Both the position numbers and the translations under genes were made by a program. Below are positions 1 through 12,515 of a DNA stretch of 64,000 bases, piece after piece (the first letter of the stretch is position 1; every line of letters starts with the position of its first letter). Location of the stretch: contig OX597833.1 in assembly GCA_951406725.2 (NCBI GenBank), forward strand, positions 58,466,001 through 58,530,000, given 5' to 3'. The stretch is from Octopus vulgaris (lineage: Eukaryota). A model generated the notes under the pieces. The model made no database searches and was not told the origin of the DNA. It saw nothing but the letters and a program-made list of their open reading frames with translations.

Positions 1-66
1 CATATACTTAATCTCTGCTATGGTATCGAGTACTCTCTATTTTCTTTCTGACAGCCAACACTAAAC

Positions 67-86
67 AGGTATATACATATATATAC

Positions 87-151
<65 letters not shown>

Positions 152-169
152 AGCAAATATATATGTGAA

Positions 170-203
<34 letters not shown>

Positions 204-208
204 CATAC

Positions 209-243
<35 letters not shown>

Positions 244-290
244 CATACATACATACATATATATATATATACATACATATATATATATAC

Positions 291-322
<32 letters not shown>

Positions 323-356
323 GTGTATGTATATATGTACATACATATATATATAT

Positions 357-402
<46 letters not shown>

Positions 403-461
403 GTATGTATATATATATTTATATATATATACACATACGTGTATGTATGTATGTATGTGCA

Positions 462-500
<39 letters not shown>
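67..500. repeat. (TA)n/(TACA)n/(CA)n compound microsatellite
   Basis: Directly visible; source of the YI/HT ORFs at 8-573. Confidence 0.95.
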
Positions 501-503
<3 letters not shown>

Positions 504-984
504 TAAATGAATAAATGATATGTATATGTTGTTGGTGTTTCCTGTTTGCATAGTTTACCATGCTTTTTGTCAAACTGTTTAATCTGAAAACAAACCCTCG
601 TGTCTTGCCTTACCAGTATTTTAGCTGTGAAGCACCGATCGGAACTGAAATCTCTTTATCTACCTTTCAGATTTCGTCGTTGTTCTTTGTAATCTCTCTT
701 GTTTCCTAGTTTTGTTTGCTTTTTCAGTATTAACTCTTTTAATGTTGTCCATTTCCAGCATTACCCATAACCCCCCACCCTGCACTATGTTATTATTATT
801 TTTTTTTTTTTTCGTATTATCTTAACCTTGCACTATGAAATGTTCATGTTTATAACCCCGAGGTGAAACTGATTTTGATGTCTTTTTTTTCTTTTGCCCT
901 GTGACATATTAATGCTCTGCCGCGTCATCAGTGCAGTAGTCTGAAGCTGGCCCAATGGAAAAAGCAGCATCCAAATTCTTCATT

Positions 985-1245
985 TGTGGCATCACTATGC
1001 AGTAGTGAAACACTAAGCCATACCAATATCATAACATTATTGCAATAATTCTTCACTATAACATAGTGATGTCACAAAGCTTTAATTGCTACATAGTTAC
1101 ATCATAATGCTTATTTATGACATAGCTGCATCATAACACTTCTATATGATGCATCCGTGTCATAATGCTTCACTATGACACAGCGGTTTTATAATGCTTC
1201 ACTTGGACATAGCCGCATTCAAAAATGCTTCCCCTGTGACACTGG
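985..1245. repeat. Degenerate ~30-bp tandem repeat
   Basis: Recurrent TCACTATGACATAGC...CATCATAATGCT-like units. Confidence 0.6.
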
Positions 1246-1294
1246 ATCTTTATTTTTCTATATTGCCTTATTTTCAATGTGTGGTTTTGTGATA

Positions 1295-2001
1295 CAGTGG
1301 AATCTTGGTTTACGAAAACATTTTTTGAACACAAAACATCTTGGGTGACAGACGGTGTCTTGAGTAACAAACACACAAGCTAGCGCCAACGGATGGCTAC
1401 AAGTTTGGAGTATCAGCAGGAGACCATCAGCTGGTGTCAAATTTTATTTAGCTCAGTGCATATCCATGCTTGAATTTACCTTACCTTTTCTTGAATTTCC
1501 TATGGGAAAAATAGTGGATCTTTTCGGTTTGAACGGCAGTTTTTTCTAGTGGTGTCATATGAAATTGTCACCCATAATTATGACCCTAGTATCGATCTAT
1601 TGCATTTCAATCTCTTTTAGGGTTAGGGGTGGGGGGAAGGGTATCTTTTTTCTTCACAAATGTAAATAAACCCAATCTGTTTCTTAAACGAGGGACATAT
1701 TCATACGGCACAGAATGTTTTTTACCTCAATTAAACGTCATTGATTGGTTGAAATTGAAGAAAAAAAAACAACAAATATCTTACAAACTATAGAATTTTC
1801 TCAATAAAGCCAAGAGAAAAAGATATTTTTATAAACACATTCTACCAGTATACGAAGTTTAAAATTGTTTAGTTATGTGGAAATTATTTTAAAAAACTGC
1901 CATTCAAACGGAAAAGATCCAAAATAGTTTCAATTTACAAATGCTTCAGGTGATGGACAGCATTCAGGATTGAATTAAATTCATAAACTGAGGTTCCACT
2001 G
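1295..2001. mobile_element. Tc1/mariner (pogo/Tigger-like) MITE hosting a nested MITE
   Basis: TA + CAGTGGAATCTTGGTTTACGAA ... TTCATAAACTGAGGTTCCACTG imperfect terminal inverted repeats. Confidence 0.65.
1516..1920. mobile_element. MITE with GGATCTTTT..TTTGAACGGCAG TIRs and 8-bp TSD
   Basis: TIRs at both ends; AAAATAGT duplicated at 1508-1515 and 1921-1928; relatives at 31423 and 50448. Confidence 0.85.
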
Positions 2002-2349
2002 TGTTTTAATAATCTAGTTTGTCACAATGTTGCCATTGTGGCATCGTGTTATTTCAACATTCCATACTGATATGATGTCTTACAAAGATTTTAGCAATAT
2101 CTTAGTTATTAATTACTCTTTTGTATATGATGTTTGTTTTTTGTTTTTTTCTATGTTGTAATGTTGTACTTATAACACCAGTCTCAGACTTAAACCCACT
2201 AAAAACAAGTATGAAAACGACATGTAGTCCCCATATACATTGCCGTGTCCCCTTATACACTGCTGTGGCTGATGTCCTGAAGCATCGTAGAGCACTCTTT
2301 CAATAACATCACAATATCGCACATGCATTATTATCATCATCATCATCAA

Positions 2350-2458
2350 TGTGGAGGCACATTGCCTTGTGGTTAGAGCAGCGGACTCGCGGTCGAGGGA
2401 TCGTGGGTTCGAATCTCAGACCGGGTGATGTGTGTGTTTATGAGCGAAAACACCTAAA
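2350..2458 (+). mobile_element. tRNA-derived SINE family D, head fragment
   Basis: A box TGGTTAGAGC, anticodon-like GGACTCGCGGTC, B box GGTTCGAATC; same family at 2758, 20720, 47705. Confidence 0.8.
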
Positions 2459-2757
2459 ATACGTCTATAGATGGTAAAGTATGGCCAGCAGCCACTACAG
2501 AGTGTGATTATCTGAAGCAGCTGTTGGCCACTTTTTTTCCGTCTCTAGGAGTATTTTTCTCAGCTGTTCTCCAGTGACTGAAAATTTCTTGATTTCTAAG
2601 AAAATGTCAACTCATTTGAAGTGTCAATGTTTGTTTGTATATATAACAGACAAGGAATAGCACAATAAAATGTTACATAAATTTGATATTGAATGAACGA
2701 AAGAAAAGAAATTTAAAAAATAGAAAAGAAAAAGACGCTAATTAATCCACTTGCATT

Positions 2758-2998
2758 TGTGGGGCACATGGCCTAGTGGTTAGAGCAGCAGACTCGCGGT
2801 CGAGGGATCGTGGGTTTGAATCTCAGATCGGGTGATGTGTGCGTTTATGAGCGAAAACACCTAAGCTCCACGTGGCTCTGGCAGAAGGTAATGGCGAACT
2901 TCTGCTGACTCTTTCGCCACAACTTTCTCTCACTCTTTCCTCCTGCATCTTGCAGCTCACGTGCGACGGACTGGCGTCCCGTCCAGGTGGGGAAACCT
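2758..2998 (+). mobile_element. tRNA-derived SINE family D
   Basis: Same head as 2350, plus body GAGCGAAAACACCTAAGCTCCACG. Confidence 0.8.
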
Positions 2999-3217
2999 TT
3001 AACCCTTTAGCTTTTAATCCGGCCAAAAGTATTCTGCCTGTTTTATGTTCAAACTGGCCAGATCTGGTCTCTCACACCAACCCTACAATATCGCTTTAAA
3101 AATTAACAGCTACCTCATCAAAATCTCATAGCTACAAGATAATGCATGATTAGTTCAAAACAAAGTGGATGAAAAAGCATCAATTTTTGCAGAATAATGC
3201 GAATACTAAAGAGTTAA
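2999..3217. mobile_element. TTAA-flanked (piggyBac-like) MITE
   Basis: TTAACCCTTTAGC ... ACTAAAGAGTTAA ends. Confidence 0.55.
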
Positions 3218-3442
3218 AGGCAACAGAACCACAGTCCAGGGGATAGAAACTAGGGAAAGCCTGAGACTATGTAGCAGCAGCTGCACAACATACTGAACTG
3301 CATACCAGAAAGTATTCACACACACACACTAATAACCCCCACCCGTGTTCTGTCTGACTGGTGACTTAGTATTTCACTTTTTCCTTCATCATCTTCATTT
3401 TCTTCCTTTTTTTTTTTTCTTTTTTTCTCTTCCTCCCAACAG

Positions 3443-3711
3443 GTTACCTCGAAGAGGTCACAGGAGATGTGAATGCCACTTTTTACATGAGCGGCATCAT
3501 GCTCACCCTGTCTGGCGTGATTTCGCTGCCCCTCAACCGACTCAAGAACTGGCAGATGCGGCGTGACCAACGAGACTTTGAAAGGCAGCAGCAGCAGTTC
3601 CAGCAGCAACAGCAGACTGCTGCTGCCGCCAAGAAAGAAAAGCAGCGGGCAATGATGCACGTCAAACAAGCCAACGGACTCCCTTCAGACAATGTCCCCC
3701 CTGTCACATAA
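3443..3711 (+). CDS. Terminal coding exon of an MFS transporter, probably SLC16/monocarboxylate transporter (last TM helix plus polyQ tail)
   Basis: Long polypyrimidine tract and CAG acceptor ending at 3442; phase-1 frame (G)YLEEVTGDVNATFYMSGIMLTLSGVISLPLNRL resembles the MCT TM11-12 pattern G.L.D.TG.Y...FY.SG; GC3-rich codons; stop at 3709-3711. Upstream exons not seen in window. Confidence 0.8.
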
Positions 3712-3963
3712 TTTATCCATATTGGAGATCAACAGTGAGACGGGGTGGGGGGGGGAAGGGGGCTTGTTTTTTTTTTTTTCCTTTTCTTTTTTCGTTTACT
3801 TTATTGTGGGGGAGTCGGGAAATGGTTTATGGAAAGAGGATTCTTGTTGTGTACCTCACCCCAAAAAACAAAAAGGATTTTTTTCCCCCCCACTCCGCAT
3901 CCACATGTACAAACACATGCATAGAAACATATCTATCTAGCTAGCTATCTATCTATCTATCTA

Positions 3964-3998
<35 letters not shown>

Positions 3999-4258
3999 AC
4001 GTATGTATATATATATATATGTATATATATATATGATGATGTGTGTGTATTATATATATAGTGTATGTATATAACATATGTTTCTGATTATTGCATACAG
4101 ACATTATACATTTGTGGGAGAGAAATAGAGAATTATACAGTATATACTGTATATGTGAATATGCAGTATATATATAAATATATTTGTATGCATAAAAAAG
4201 TATATGTATATTTATGTACACACACACACACATATGTATATGTACATGCACATATTCA

Positions 4259-4289
<31 letters not shown>

Positions 4290-5275
4290 TTATATATATA
4301 TACGTATATATATGTCTTTGTGTACATATTTATACATACATACACAGACAAGAAAAAATCTTTAAAAATATTAAAAAATCCTACAAAGAAAGAGAAAAAA
4401 AAAAAGAAAAAGAAACGAAACAAGAACCCCCCGACCCCTCAGAATGTTTTATTGAAAAAAAAAAAAAATTTATATCATAAATAGGGGGAAGTAATCCAGT
4501 AAATGGTTAAAAAAAAAATAAGCAGAAAAAAAAACAAAAATTGAAACAAAAAAAAAAACACAGAAGGAAAATATGAAACTTATTTTCAGCAATCTTGGTA
4601 AGAGCTTCTGTTCTTCATATCTCAGAGAAATATTTTCAAGTTCTACAGAAAAATTATATGGTTATATATAAGTGGTGTGTGTGTGTCTGTGTGTGTGAAT
4701 TATACATAATTTTCTGAGTAGTATGTCTGTATGAATATACATGTGTGTGTATGTTGGTGTGATACCACGGGTTGTATACCCTCCTCATGAGTAATATATA
4801 TACATAAATACACACATAAATGCATACATTTTATATATATATGTGCCCCAGCATGGCCACAGCTCATGAGCTGAAACTAGATAAAATAAAAAATATATAA
4901 TGTATGTGTGTATACATATATATATATATATATAGATAATGTATGTGTGTATACATATATATAAAATCAAAGTTTTTGTACATTAACCATATGTAATTAT
5001 ACAGACACATATATACATGTATGTATGTATGTATGTATGTATATTTAGTTGCGTTTGCATTTGCAAACAATGGAAATTTCACATAATTGTTTTGTTTTGT
5101 TTCGGAGTTTTTTTTTCCATATGTATTTATGTATGCCTGTTTCCGTGTATGTACATATATATATGTGGGCATGTATGTATATTTGTGTAAACTACTTGTA
5201 ATTTCCATGCGTGTTTATAGATGTGCCTGTACATTTATGTTAGTATGTATATATGTGTATGTATGAGTGTGTATA

Positions 5276-5314
<39 letters not shown>

Positions 5315-5679
5315 TAACTTGTGTATGCATAATGTTTGTTTATCTGTGGAAAACCCCTTTTTTTTTTTTACTGCTTCTACATTAAAATCAATATTAACAA
5401 CATTGTTAAAAATGAAACATTTTTAAAACGATATGTATGGTTTGTATAAATGTATAATCTATCTTATATATATACATATATATATATGTATAGATATATT
5501 TTGTGTGTGTGTTTGGTTATACATATTTACATGTATGCGTGTGTGAGAGTGCATGCCTGTTAACAAAAAAAAAAGATGATCTCTTACACCCATTGTATGC
5601 TGTTTTAAGCTTTCATGGGTTGACTGTGTATGTAAATATACATTTTAACGCATGTGTATCTATATGCATACATATATGC

Positions 5680-5710
<31 letters not shown>

Positions 5711-6139
5711 ATTGGGTAAATTCTCACTCTTCATTCTCCCATCTCTGCCTCACCGAAATAAAGAAGAAAGCAAAAAAAAGGGCTGCCCACCCCTGCTTCT
5801 GTCACAGTAACTCAAACGGGATAGTCTGCGGGAATATATATTTTTCTTAATTATCTTTGTCCAACTTGGGTCTGTATTCCCTAAAAGATATATCGACAAC
5901 ATTCGTCGGAAAACTACTGTCGCTCTCTCTGCCACTCCCAGCCCACCCTCCCAGTTCTCCTGGAATCACAATTATTGGATTACAATTATCAAAGATGAAG
6001 GACTAAGTCCTAAAAAGACCATGCTTTTAGTTGTGTGCTTTCTTATATACATGAGTAAGTGGACAAGCAAAAGGAAAGGGCAACTCAGCAACTCAACAGT
6101 ACATTTAGTAGGAATTGCATGTACTTTTTAAAAGTACAT

Positions 6140-6346
6140 ATATTGAACTAGAGATAAAACCACTATTGGGCAAATCAAACAGTGAAAAACATAAACCAAA
6201 ACATTGAAATAAAATTAATTAATATATTGATTTGCCTAATAGTGGTTTTATCTCTAATTTAATATATATATCTTTATACTGTAAAATTAGATTTAATCAT
6301 AAATCTAATTTTTACCTGTAAGTTTGGATTTACTCCCTATTATTAT

Positions 6347-6350
<4 letters not shown>
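6140..6350. mobile_element. Fold-back element family P (Penelope-like architecture)
   Basis: AGAGATAAAACCACTATT.GGCAAATCA and its reverse complement; same family at 40180 and 52705; abuts (TA)n. Confidence 0.6.
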
Positions 6351-6386
<36 letters not shown>

Positions 6387-6722
6387 ATACACACTATTTA
6401 ACACAGTGTGATTTGGCTCCATGCTACATCAAGTTTCACAGTTTCCTAACAGGAGCCCGATTCCTTCAGGCTTCTAGAATGCTGAATGGAGAGACCCAGG
6501 AAGTCCAAGATGGTGACTGGATGAACTTCCTGGACCTCCCCATTCAGCATTCCAGAAACCTAAGTATGACCATAAAAAATAACAAGGTAAAAGTTTTTAT
6601 TTTTCATTCCCTTCAAAAACTGCTCTTAAAATGTGGTTTTGGTCGTTTTGACTGCTTCTTCTAGCCTGTAAAAATTACCTGTTAAAGGTAGTTTTCTCTT
6701 GTGTTTAAATGTACACTATTAT

Positions 6723-6757
<35 letters not shown>

Positions 6758-7550
6758 CTTTGGTCCTGGTAGGGTGTAAAGGTAGGGTATTTTCAGAGAA
6801 GCACTCAACCTAAACATGGGGCTAACACTTGGGTTTCCAACACTGACCAATGCCAGAATTCTTCAAGTGTAGAAAATGCTTGTTTCACAAAGGTCCCACT
6901 GTAATTTTTGAGTTTGGCAAATAATAAATTATAATCCAAATAATAAGACAAAAGAAATTCTTTAAAACATCTTTAATGATTTGTTACAGTGGTTTCCGTA
7001 CCAACTCTGCTTGCAACATAAACTGGCATTGCCATTAGAGTTAGGACAGAAGCAATTGAACGTCCACTTAAAGATGTGTTAAAGAATTTCTTGGTCTTAT
7101 TACTATTATTTGGTGTATATATATATATTGGTGCCCCAGCATGGCCACGGCCTTCGGGCTAAAACATTTTTAAGGATTTAAGGATATATATATATAAAGT
7201 GATATGTGTTTGTGTCCCCTAAAAGTAGGGAAGCCACCTAGTGTCAATAATGTTAAGAGTTTCACTAGGGAAGAAGCCTTAGTCTAGCAACAAACAAAAC
7301 ACCTTTTTCTCAGACATGACACCTCACCACAAAGCCAACAGAGGTGCCGCAATGTGTTCACATGACTTACTAGAAATAGAAGCCAAATCTCCTTCAAGGA
7401 TCATACGCGATCATTGTATAAAAATGAGACACACACTGAATAATGTATAGGCTGTAGTAGCAGTTTTAGTAACGGTACTAGATACATAGTGTTTGAAAAA
7501 AATGATCCAAAAAAGGCTGGATTGTCGTGGCTGGTTCCCTTTTAATCAGG

Positions 7551-7783
7551 GAGGCGAGCTGGCAGAAACGTTAGCACACCGGACGAAATGCGTAGCCGTA
7601 TTTCGTCTGCCGTTACGTTCTGAGTTCAAATTCCGCCGAGGTCGACTTTGCCTTTCATCCTTTCGGGGGTCGATAAATTGAGTACCAGTTATGCACTGGG
7701 GGTCGACGTAATCGACTTAATCCCTTTGTCTGTCCTTCTTTGTCCTCTCCCTGTTTAGCCCCTTGTGGGTAATAAAGAAATAA
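7551..7783 (+). mobile_element. SINE family A
   Basis: GGCGAGCTGGCAGAAACGTTAGC head, GAGTTCAAATT B box, GCCTTTCATCCTTTCGGGGTCGATAAA core, AAAGAAATA tail; many copies in window. Confidence 0.9.
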
Positions 7784-9387
7784 GCAGCTGTTAATGTGAG
7801 GACTGACCAGGGTGGGGGTGGCCCAGGGGGGTTTGTTGCCAAGCAACGACATACCTGAGAACGATTTCCTGATTAAACTAGACACAGATCTTCGCAGTCA
7901 CAAGTAAGATAGAGATGGGGAATGAGATGTTGTGGATTTCATGCTGTTTATTATTCTATTTTTTTTCCCTCTATATCAATGCTGTTGTATGTATGAGCGT
8001 GTGGTAAATGCATTACTAGTGATGACGGCAATGATGATGACGATGACGGTTCTGTCTGTCGCCTGTCCTCTTCTTCCTCTTTTTCTCCTCGTCCCATTAA
8101 ACCATTGCCGGCACCACCACCACCACCACACTTTGGTATTGCTGGTGATGGTGGTGGTGGTGGTGGTGGTGGGGTTGGAGGTGGAGGGTGAATAAATAAA
8201 CTAAACTAAATATTTGATAAAAAAAAAAATAATAATTAAAACGAAAATAATTAATAATTACCTGCATCTTCCCTCTCCTCCTGAATTCATCTGCAAAGAA
8301 AACAAAAAAAAAAATAATAATAATAAAAGAAATACAAGGAAGAAAGAAAGAAAGAATGGTAAGATTGTGTGAAACAATTATTTTAACAAAAAAAAAAACA
8401 AACAAATACTTTAAGACGATGCTGCTACTGCTGTTGCTGATGATGATGATGATGATTTTGTTGATGAATGAAACAAGGATGTTGGTGAATCATGATAGTA
8501 AGGTAAACAGTGATGATGTTAATGATGATAACGATGGTGATGATGGTGATGAAGATGATGATGGAGTTGGTCACAGTGATGATGACAACGACTCTGGTGA
8601 TACAGAAAATGGTGATGATGATGACAACATCAAAGGTGGTGGTAATGATGATAATGGTATAGTTGATATTAATGATGATGATGATGATGATGATAATGAT
8701 AAATGTTCTATTTTTCACCCCACTTTGCTTTTCGTTGTAAATTTACGATTTTCTCAGAATATGTATATGTGCGTTTCAATATATGTGTGTATAATCTTTT
8801 TCCGGAAACAGTGGGTCCAGAAGCACACTCAAAGCTTCAAATAATAAGTTGCAAATATTGAATTGAAAAAACCCTTTTAGATAGAAAAACAAACCATGCT
8901 GTTGTTTATAGCATTATATGTGCTTCTTCAAGATCCGCTGTTCCCGCCCCCAACTCCATAAAAAAAATTATTTCACATTCTCTCAAAATTCTATAAATTC
9001 TTATGATGTCAGTTATATATATATACATGGATGTATATTAGGTGGTAATGCTTCAACGAGTAAAAAAAAAAGCACTTGATCAGCTCTGAGAGTAAAGATA
9101 ATCTTATAATAATAAAACGCAAATCTTGTAAATGCTGCTACCCAGGGTTTCCCCCCCCCCCCGGTTGAAAGAATAATTTATTCTGCCATTTATCAAGCTT
9201 GAAAGACAACTGACAAATAGTCATGTTTTCATCTTGATAAGCGGCAGAATAAATTATTTTGACCTGGACACCCTGGGTAGCTGTATTTACAAGATTTGTA
9301 AGGTTTTTTTTATTGTAAGATTACATATATATTCATACATATATGTGTGTGTGTGTATATATATGTGTGTGTGTGTATATATATATA

Positions 9388-9438
<51 letters not shown>

Positions 9439-10178
9439 GTGTGTGTGTTTGTATACACATATGTATATGAAAAAAACTAATCTTCAGCGAAAGAAATAAC
9501 CAACTACAAAAAAAAAAAAAAAAAGACAGTGTTATTTACTCACAGAGTTTACAGAATTCATTCATAAATTTCTGGCAAAATGCCAAAATACAGTTTGTAA
9601 GAAAATTGCATTCACATATACACACACACACATGCATTCAAATATCCACTCGAATTGCATTCTGGAATTGTGAAAGCTCAGTATTATATACATATCTATT
9701 TTAATACAGGCATACTGCATACACATATATTCAAATTTTTATCCAGAATCATGTGTGTGTGTGTGGTATCTATGTATCTATGTATGTATACATATCTATA
9801 CAGCAAATGTTTATTACAGATACAAGCACTTATACATCTACTTCTGTGTGGGCATTTGTACATTAGCTCTTATCCTGTGACTGCAATGTGTGTGCATATA
9901 TATTGTACATAATTTATTTAATGTCCACTTTTTATGAGTCGGACAGAATTTGTTGAAGTGGATTTTCAACAGTTGGATGCTCTTCCTACTGCCATCTCTC
10001 CCTTATTTTTTTTCAAGCAAGGTGATATTTTCCCCATAACTATACCTGGCAACAAATAACTTTGCTTATATGATGATGATGATGCTCATTTACAACCATC
10101 ACATGATGTCGTAACAAGGTACACACAAGCGCTCACCACATACATAACACTCACCTATATATATATATATATATATAT

Positions 10179-10440
10179 GATAAAAGTCCAAGTTTCGGAT
10201 ACCGAGGTGGAAATCCATGCTGCCATCTCTTCAGTTATCCGGATATCGGAAAAATGCAATGAAAAAAAGGCCGGATAACTGAAGAGATGGTGGTGTGGAT
10301 TTCCACCTCGGCATCCGAAACTTGGAGTTTTATCATGGCTACCGAATAATTTTTACATATTACATTTACAGATAAATTCCTCTATTTACATAATATTGAG
10401 GTCTCTTTCATTCTTTTGTTGTCTTACCAATTTTATCAAT
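10179..10440. mobile_element. Penelope-like pLTR fragment with two inverted hammerhead-like motifs
   Basis: 10179-10242 is an inverted copy of 10271-10334; embedded in (TA)n. Confidence 0.6.
10274..10334 (+). ncRNA. Type I hammerhead ribozyme-like motif
   Basis: Stem I GATAA/TTATC, CTGAAGA, stem II GATG/CATC with an extra C, GAAA, stem III ACT/AGT, cleavage triplet GTT. Confidence 0.55.
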
Positions 10441-10699
10441 ATATATATATATATATATACATATATATCAACCTACCAGGGCATGCACAAAACTGATATA
10501 GGCTTGTGATTCTCATGGCAACGTGGTATAAACAATTATATTCTTGAACCTTGATGCAAAACCTTTTGATCTCTAAAGTTTATCAAAATATATGTATGTG
10601 TGTGTGTTTACTTTTTTTAGTATGTTTATATATATATATATATATATACATATGTGTGTGTATATTCATGAAAATTCTGTGTTAAAAGATTTATACATA

Positions 10700-10763
<64 letters not shown>

Positions 10764-11430
10764 TATGTAAATACTTGTATTTGTGTAAGGTCAGCTGATG
10801 ATAGCTATTTTGCCAGAAAAGTGTCTCTTATCTCCAGACACTAAGCATGTCCTCTTCTCAAATGACATCAATTTTTAGAGAATTCTGGAGTCTTATGATT
10901 ATCTCCCCTTCTCAAACAAATCTGGTCTTCATTACCATTTGGCAATTATGATACAACCCCCACCCCGAAGGTGGAGATAATTTTAATAAATCAAGAATTA
11001 TGTTGTACAATATTTGACATGTTAATACATGTCTGTTCCTCTGGTAATTTGTTATGGAAAATTGTGAGATCTCTGTCTCTGACAAGTGCTGTTTGGTAAA
11101 AGAGTCACAGAAAAGTTCTGAGAAAACTGAAAATGTGTTCTGATTCTTAGAGGGTCAAATATTACATGCGCTTTACGGTATTTGGTCAAGGCTCTTTTTT
11201 ATATCCTGAGTCCAAATACCAATAAGGTTGACTTTGCCTTTCATCTTTCCAGGTGTCAATTAAATCTTATGATACCAAACCACCTGTGACTACCTTTAGT
11301 CTTATGATACAAATTTCCTCTTTTAAATGGATCTGAATTAGAAACCATCCATTAAGATTTCGTGCTAATTCGTGTTCCAAACACTAGCTTCATAATGACG
11401 AAAGTTATTTTGCTAAATTCTTCATTTTTG

Positions 11431-11761
11431 GCTTAACGACCGTATCACATTGAGTGAGCCAGTTCTCGTCTAATCACCGAAGCTAAACAACATCAAGCCT
11501 TAGTTAGTACTTGGATGGGTAACCACTTCAGAAGTTAAGTTAATTTTTTGGCTCAAAAAGCAAAAAGCAAGGCCATGTAGGGGGACATGGAGTTGTGTAC
11601 AGGGAGGGTGTTCATGCGAAGAGTTCAGGCCATTTCTGGTCAAGAGAGACTTTGAACCGAGCAGTCGTCGGCATCTTCACTATCTCATCCGGCAGCTTAT
11701 TCCACGGATCCGCAACCCGGACGGAGAAAGCCCCTCTCCTTTCTCCTAGGTGCTGTAAGCA
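11431..11761 (+). pseudogene. 5S rRNA pseudogene split by a CR1-type LINE fragment
   Basis: GCTTAACGACCGTATCAC...AGTTAGTACTTGGATGGGT (11431-11533) and 3' end TCCTAGGTGCTGTAAGCA (11744-11761); the termini can pair as 5S helix I. Confidence 0.85.
11534..11743 (-). mobile_element. CR1-type LINE 3' fragment
   Basis: Minus strand encodes RRGAFSVRVADPWNKLPDEIVKMPTTARFKVSLDQKWPELFA*, a CR1 ORF2 C-terminal pattern; second copy at 17941-18140. Confidence 0.8.
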
Positions 11762-12300
11762 TCTTCCTTTTTACATGGTGGTGCCCCAGCATGGCCCAGT
11801 GTTAATGACTGAAACAAATGAAAAAATTATTTTCAAAATTAACTGAAACAAAGGTAATATATTTAATTAGAAATCGGGTAGCAAAACTGTTAATTAAAAT
11901 ACTGGGGTTGATTTAATTGACTACTCTACTTCCTCCTCTCCCCTTCACTTCAAAGCTCCTGGCATTATTTTTATTGGATGGGTGTGGGGAAGGGTATATC
12001 AAGGAATACCCTTTCCAGAACCCTTATGTTAAATATGTGTCGGTGAGGGGAATTTGCTATAACCCGCTTCCTTCATCCACAAATATCTGGATTTGTGTCT
12101 ATCTCACATTTGTTGAGGTTTTCTTTTTCTTTTTTTTTTATAATTTTTTTCTAAAGCCATTTCACCTATCCTCATGTTAATTATTAATGATTCTGGAAAG
12201 GCATGAACATCTTCATATCCCATCCTGCTCTCTCTTGTAAACATAGTGATTCTTTATGCCCAGTTATTGAAACTATTATTATTATTATTATTATTATTAT

Positions 12301-12515
12301 AAGGCAATGAGCTGGTAGAATCGTTAGCACGTCGGGCGAAATGCTTAGCGGGATTTCATCTGCCACTACATTCTGAGTTCAAATTCTGCCAAAGTCGACT
12401 TTAACTTTCATCCTTTCAGGGTCGATGAAATAAATACCAGTTACACACTTGGGGTCAATATAATCGACTAGCCCCTTTCCCCCCAAATTTTCAAGGCCTT
12501 ATGCCTAGAGTAGAA
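12301..12515 (+). mobile_element. SINE family A variant
   Basis: Family A head and core between (ATT)n tracts. Confidence 0.85.

Noticed and set aside
8-573. Multiple long ORFs rich in Y/I/H/T/C/V
   Set aside because: Translations of dinucleotide microsatellites; the same applies at 3961-5208, 42630-43772, 53664-55308 and 56762-58352
2350-2425. tRNA-Arg gene
   Set aside because: Head of multi-copy SINE family D, continuing into the SINE body
8356-8844. 162-aa Asp-rich ORF
   Set aside because: Degenerate (GAT)n tract with no splice or homology support
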